A stretch of DNA of 64,000 nucleotides. Origin: Podarcis filfolensis. Taxonomy: Eukaryota. Below the pieces are notes generated by a model that did no database searches, was not told the DNA's origin, and was given only the letters and a program-made list of their open reading frames with translations. The stretch lies in NCBI GenBank assembly GCA_964270895.1, contig OZ185439.1; one strand, written 5' to 3'. The first letter of the stretch is position 1, and the number at the start of each line of letters is the position of its first letter. A program made the translations under genes and the position numbers. Of the stretch, positions 61,245 to 64,000 are shown in pieces.

Positions 61245-64000
61245 ATCTAGATGAAAATCACCCCCATGCTCTAAGCCTTAAGGGGAGGGAGGGGGAAACT
61301 CTCTCACATTGCTGCCAATGGAAGCTGTCTTTCGAAAGTTTGCAGTACTGCAGGGGGCAGGGAGATTTCATCAGGATAGTGGCTGGGGAGGAAGGGGTTA
61401 AACCTTCCTCATATTCTACATTCCGGATGAAAACCAAGGCTTTCCTGTGCCTTTTAATTCTTTTTAAGCCTGACATTGTTTCTAATGATATATTTAGCAT
61501 CCCATCCCATTTGATCGGTAGTCTGATTGGTAGCAATTTTCCAAATTGGGGCCTTTCCTAGTCCACTACCCAAAATGTCACACATTGAACTTGAGGCCTT
61601 TATATGTGCAAAGCCAGTGCCCTTAAGTAGCTGTCATGGTAAAACTCAGAAACACCCCTAAAACTAACTTCAGCAATTAAATGTGGATCAGCTTTTGACG
61701 AATTAAGACCTCATTATCTTTGTTCACTAGAAGGCACCATATATAATATGAAATGCAAAAGCAACTGATATTTCCGAAAGTTCACAGCAAACAACAAACT
61801 ATGTCAGTCCTGTTTCCAGTTGGACTGCTTTTCATGCTTCGTCTCTAGCTCATTAGTATGGAGGGCAGGGGGGAACTCTGAAATTATCAACACAGAGAAA
61901 ATTGTTTTCTTATTTTAACTCAGAATACATACTTGGTCTCACACCAAGGCCGCTTGAGCTGTAAGTCAACCTACTTCCTCACAAAGCTATATCCATAAAC
62001 CATACAATTCCTTTTAATGAATTTGATTGTTAGTCTTGAGATCCAGTTTCTCACCCCATTCAAATAAGGTTAAGTGGCCACCTCTTGAATTCCTGTCAAC
62101 TTAAGACTGCTGTGACAGTCCTCTGAATTCAAACAAGTCCTCATCTCACTATTCAGAGATGGTACCATTTAATATTGAAGGTGAACAAGAACGGAGAAAA
62201 TAAACACCACTGACAGACTCATTCCTAGTATGAGATACATCTATTGCCATCTAAAGCAATGCATGCTCACAAGAAAAAACAAACAGTGACACAAATTAGA
62301 TTGAAGTCACTTCATCAACAATCTGTCACTGCTGATAGAATGAAATGTTTCTGAAAAATCCACATGGTGTAAATTTACATGGAGTAAAGCTCTTGCAACA
62401 GGAACCAGGAACCAGGAAAGAAGAGGCAAGACACACAGTAGAACATGGGCCACATTTTATTTAAACAGCTAGGTTGATAATAAACAGTGTGGACAACCAA
62501 ACTATATCAGATGCCAAATTGTGTCCCCAAGCAAGGGACACAAACAGGGCGGTGATCCCTTTACCTGGACCATTAGAGTGCATGGAGAGCTCGTTCTGAC
62601 CCCAGCCAGGGCCCTACAACTCCAGGCAGGTGAGGCAGATTAGCCTCAAATATGTCCCATATCCAGGCGAAGGGCCGCACAGCTCCTAGCAGTTGGCCTC
62701 TGGGGACACCCATCAGAATCTGCCTCAGGGTGCACCTGTTTCCTACACCTTTCTGCCAAATGTGACTAACTCATCTGTTTAAAGATACTGCCCCATTGGG
62801 CCCTTAACGCCCTCTGATATTGAGTACAGGGTGAACAAGGGTGGGGTGGGCAGTCCCTGATAATCCAAGGAGACATGAGAGGGGCCTGCCTGGGGTTTAA
62901 ATAGCTCTATGGCTCATACCAGCACCAGTGTTGCCCATGCTTGTGTATGCTGACCCCTGCCTCTCTCATGGCTACAAAAGATGCCCACTGGCCTTGTTGG
63001 GATTTGCCTGAGCCCTACCTGTCAATTAAATGAGTGTGTGTGTGAAAAAGAAAAAAACAATAAAATAATACTTGTTATAGGCATATTCATATGGAATCTG
63101 TTTGTTCCTCATTTGTTGGTCTATTGTATTTCTTATTAAAGATCTATACTGCTCTTCAACATCAGCTTCCAGAGCAGTTTGTAAATAAAAAGGTCAATAT
63201 TACCTGCACTATTTTTTGTAAGAGTGCTGTGAGTGTCAGTGCGCAATAGGGGGAGAACCTAGTGAGTACCTGCAGAAACAAAGATCACGGAATAGAAAAA
63301 TAACAAAAATATATAAGCAGCATTCCACCAAAAAAATAAAAATAAAAAACTGATTGAGGCCTTTTGAAAGTCTGGGAAGAATATAAAGGGCTGAAAACAT
63401 TCGAATTGCCTCCAAGTTTTTAGGGTTTGTTTTGTGTTCTCATTCCTCAAATGGAGTACCATAAAGAAACCAGCAATCCAGTTTGCAGTAAATCTGCTTT
63501 CCGGGGCCCTGTGTACTTTTAAGGTGAAAATGGAGCTTACTTATTTGCAATTCAGTGGTGGGATAGTTCCAGGTGCAAGATGTCTGTATAGAGTTTCCAC
63601 CTAAGTAAAAAGGAAGAAGAGGCCCCTCTGAGGCCACTGCAAATAACTGGATTAGGGCAGCAGCATGTAACTGTATAGCAATCTTGCAAGCAAATAAAAT
63701 GAACTGCACTCAGTTTTATACTAGCTTCCTTTGTAAATATTTATCACTAAAAATCCCCAGAAGTTATCCCATGGAAGCTGCTTCACCATTTCCTTGCTAT
63801 ACTATCAAGTGGTTCCATAAAAGGGCAAGGCAGGGAATGTAAATGGTTCTGAGCTGAGATTTTAAGAGAGGAAGCTCTTTGATCAGCATGAAACAAGGCT
63901 GTGTTTTGACCACAGGTACTTCCAGTGCTGCACTTTCTGACATAAAAAGTGAGATTGCAATTAATAATGACTGTGTGCCTTTTCAAGGATCCTACAGATT

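Noticed and set aside
1-64000. CRISPR arrays, rRNA, genuine tRNA genes, NUMTs or viral ORFs
   Set aside because: None seen. The tRNA-like segments are SINE heads, and the tandem arrays are microsatellites or a junction duplication without spacers.

Overview
This is vertebrate (squamate reptile) genomic DNA. The Sauria-SINE subtype and the BovB variant point to a lacertid lizard, but that is inferred from remembered repeat consensus sequences, not from a search. The only protein-coding gene supported is PID1 (+ strand). Its 147-nt internal coding exon lies at 2595-2741, followed by a ~55-kb phase-0 GT-AG intron (2742-57722) and the terminal coding exon at 57723-58199, which encodes the PTB/PID domain. 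A ~1.5-kb 3' UTR follows, with several AATAAA signals. The first exon and promoter lie upstream of the window. The rest is intronic or intergenic DNA rich in transposon relics: BovB (RTE), L1, L2 and CR1 fragments, a Penelope-like GIY-YIG relic, Sauria and other tRNA-derived SINEs, hAT MITEs with 8-bp TSDs, two Tc1/mariner MITEs with TA TSDs, and microsatellites. All other ORFs in the track look like TE relics or chance ORFs. I found no convincing new multi-gene system. The observations most worth following up are two ~60-bp tail-only BovB insertions truncated at the same point, a Penelope relic with inverted termini and a decayed hammerhead motif, a TE nest with a triplicated transposon-end/TSD junction, and a few candidate regulatory or splicing elements in the PID1 intron. 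Repeat family names come from recalled consensus features and need a Dfam/Repbase check.
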